Both the position numbers and the translations under genes were made by a program. DNA of 64,000 nucleotides, taken from contig OZ316891.1 in assembly GCA_973895155.1 (NCBI GenBank), positions 27,379,561-27,443,560 on the forward strand, read 5' to 3'. Shown piece by piece: positions 63,009-64,000 of this stretch (position 1 is its first letter; each line of letters opens with the position of its first letter). Below the pieces are notes generated by a model. It worked only from the letters and a program-made list of their open reading frames with translations. It searched no databases and was not told where the DNA came from. The stretch is from Marsupella aquatica (lineage: Eukaryota > Plantae > Marchantiophyta).

Positions 63009-64000
63009 TATACTCGGCAACACAGCTTTTGCACAATTTCAAAGTTTTCAATTTGAGTAAACAATGGCGGGAACCGCTTTGTTTCAGTTGCTGTTGCTCA
63101 GTTGACCTCCAAGGTCATGATGAGCTTTCCAGGATTCTTCCGTCATTCTTTTTATAGCTGCTAGTCTGCGCAATGGAGAGTTGGCTAGGACATATCTGAA
63201 CTTTTAGACTTAGTAATTGCGAACGGCACGAGATCAATGCCATCGTCAGTTTTCAGTGCTTGCCAAATTTATAGTCAATGCTGATCTTTGATCTTCTTGT
63301 TAAAAGACAAGGCGTGCCTCACATTTCACTTCTCCCTATTCAACTGCTCAAATTTTTTACTACCGGTTTGTTATCAAATTTGATCTATGCTCTCAGCGGT
63401 TGGGTTACAGCAGATCTCGAGTATGACTCAAGGTCGCCCCCACTTACTTCCATGACCGCTCACTCGCCTGGAAAGAGCTAAATACACTCTGATATCTCAT
63501 TGACATCTGCTTTTCTCCCCACTCAAGAACTTGTCTATTCTCCTCGAGTATAGACTCATTTGCAGGGATTGTTAATTTCTTCTTCAGCAATGACAAGCAT
63601 TAGAAAAAAGTAAGTAGAAGGAAGTAAAATGATTGGAAGGAGAGTTGGATGTTCCTTCTCCGGGACTGAGTAGTTCGGTTTGAGCGCTCGTAAGTACATA
63701 ATTGGTGTTTTGATTACAGATTCATGCTCTGGACGTGTTTGTATGATGGCCGTGTCCATGGAAACGTATCCGCTACGAGATAAATGGAGCTTAACTCAAC
63801 TCAATACAGAAAGACACAAGCATGTCAGGTCAAGTTATTGATAGGACTTGCTCAGTTTCTTAACGTTACTCTCCAAACTCAATCTCGAGCTCTTTCCTCA
63901 TTACCTCGAAGCAAAGGTATTGACAAACCAGTCTAAAGTTTAGGGAGATGGAAAGAAAAGGTTTCAAAGACAGCAATAAGCAGTTGCAATACAAGGTCAC

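Overview
Eukaryotic, intron-rich land-plant DNA; the style and proteins suggest a bryophyte (possibly a liverwort), which is an inference. I can reconstruct seven complete protein-coding genes and one fragment. In order: a plastid CbbY-type HAD phosphatase (+, 8 exons); cytosolic 60S RPL4 (-, 3 exons); a MET1/DNMT1 CG-maintenance DNA methyltransferase (-, 12 exons); an intronless membrane protein with a 23-aa Lys/Glu/Trp repeat array (+); a GH89 alpha-N-acetylglucosaminidase (+, about 19 exons); a SEC1/KEULE SM protein (-, about 21 exons, one GC-AG intron); an intronless MTP5-like CDF zinc transporter (-); and an orphan 3' half of plastid RPL10 abutting a MITE-like element. Intergenic DNA holds decayed LINE and other repeat fragments and many short local duplications. 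The most interesting signal is in MET1: a small upstream exon splices in frame to rebuild a methyl-CpG-binding-domain (MBD)-like motif at the N-terminus, joined by a roughly 300-aa disordered linker to the normal RFD-RFD-BAH-BAH-methyltransferase body, i.e. a candidate reader-writer fusion. Secondary signals are a triplicated motif in RPL4 intron 1, locally templated insertions that copy exon or splice-junction sequence, a duplicated splice donor in NAGLU, and a Cys/Arg-rich small ORF upstream of NAGLU. Exon boundaries were read by eye from GT/AG sites and frame continuity; no database searches were run.
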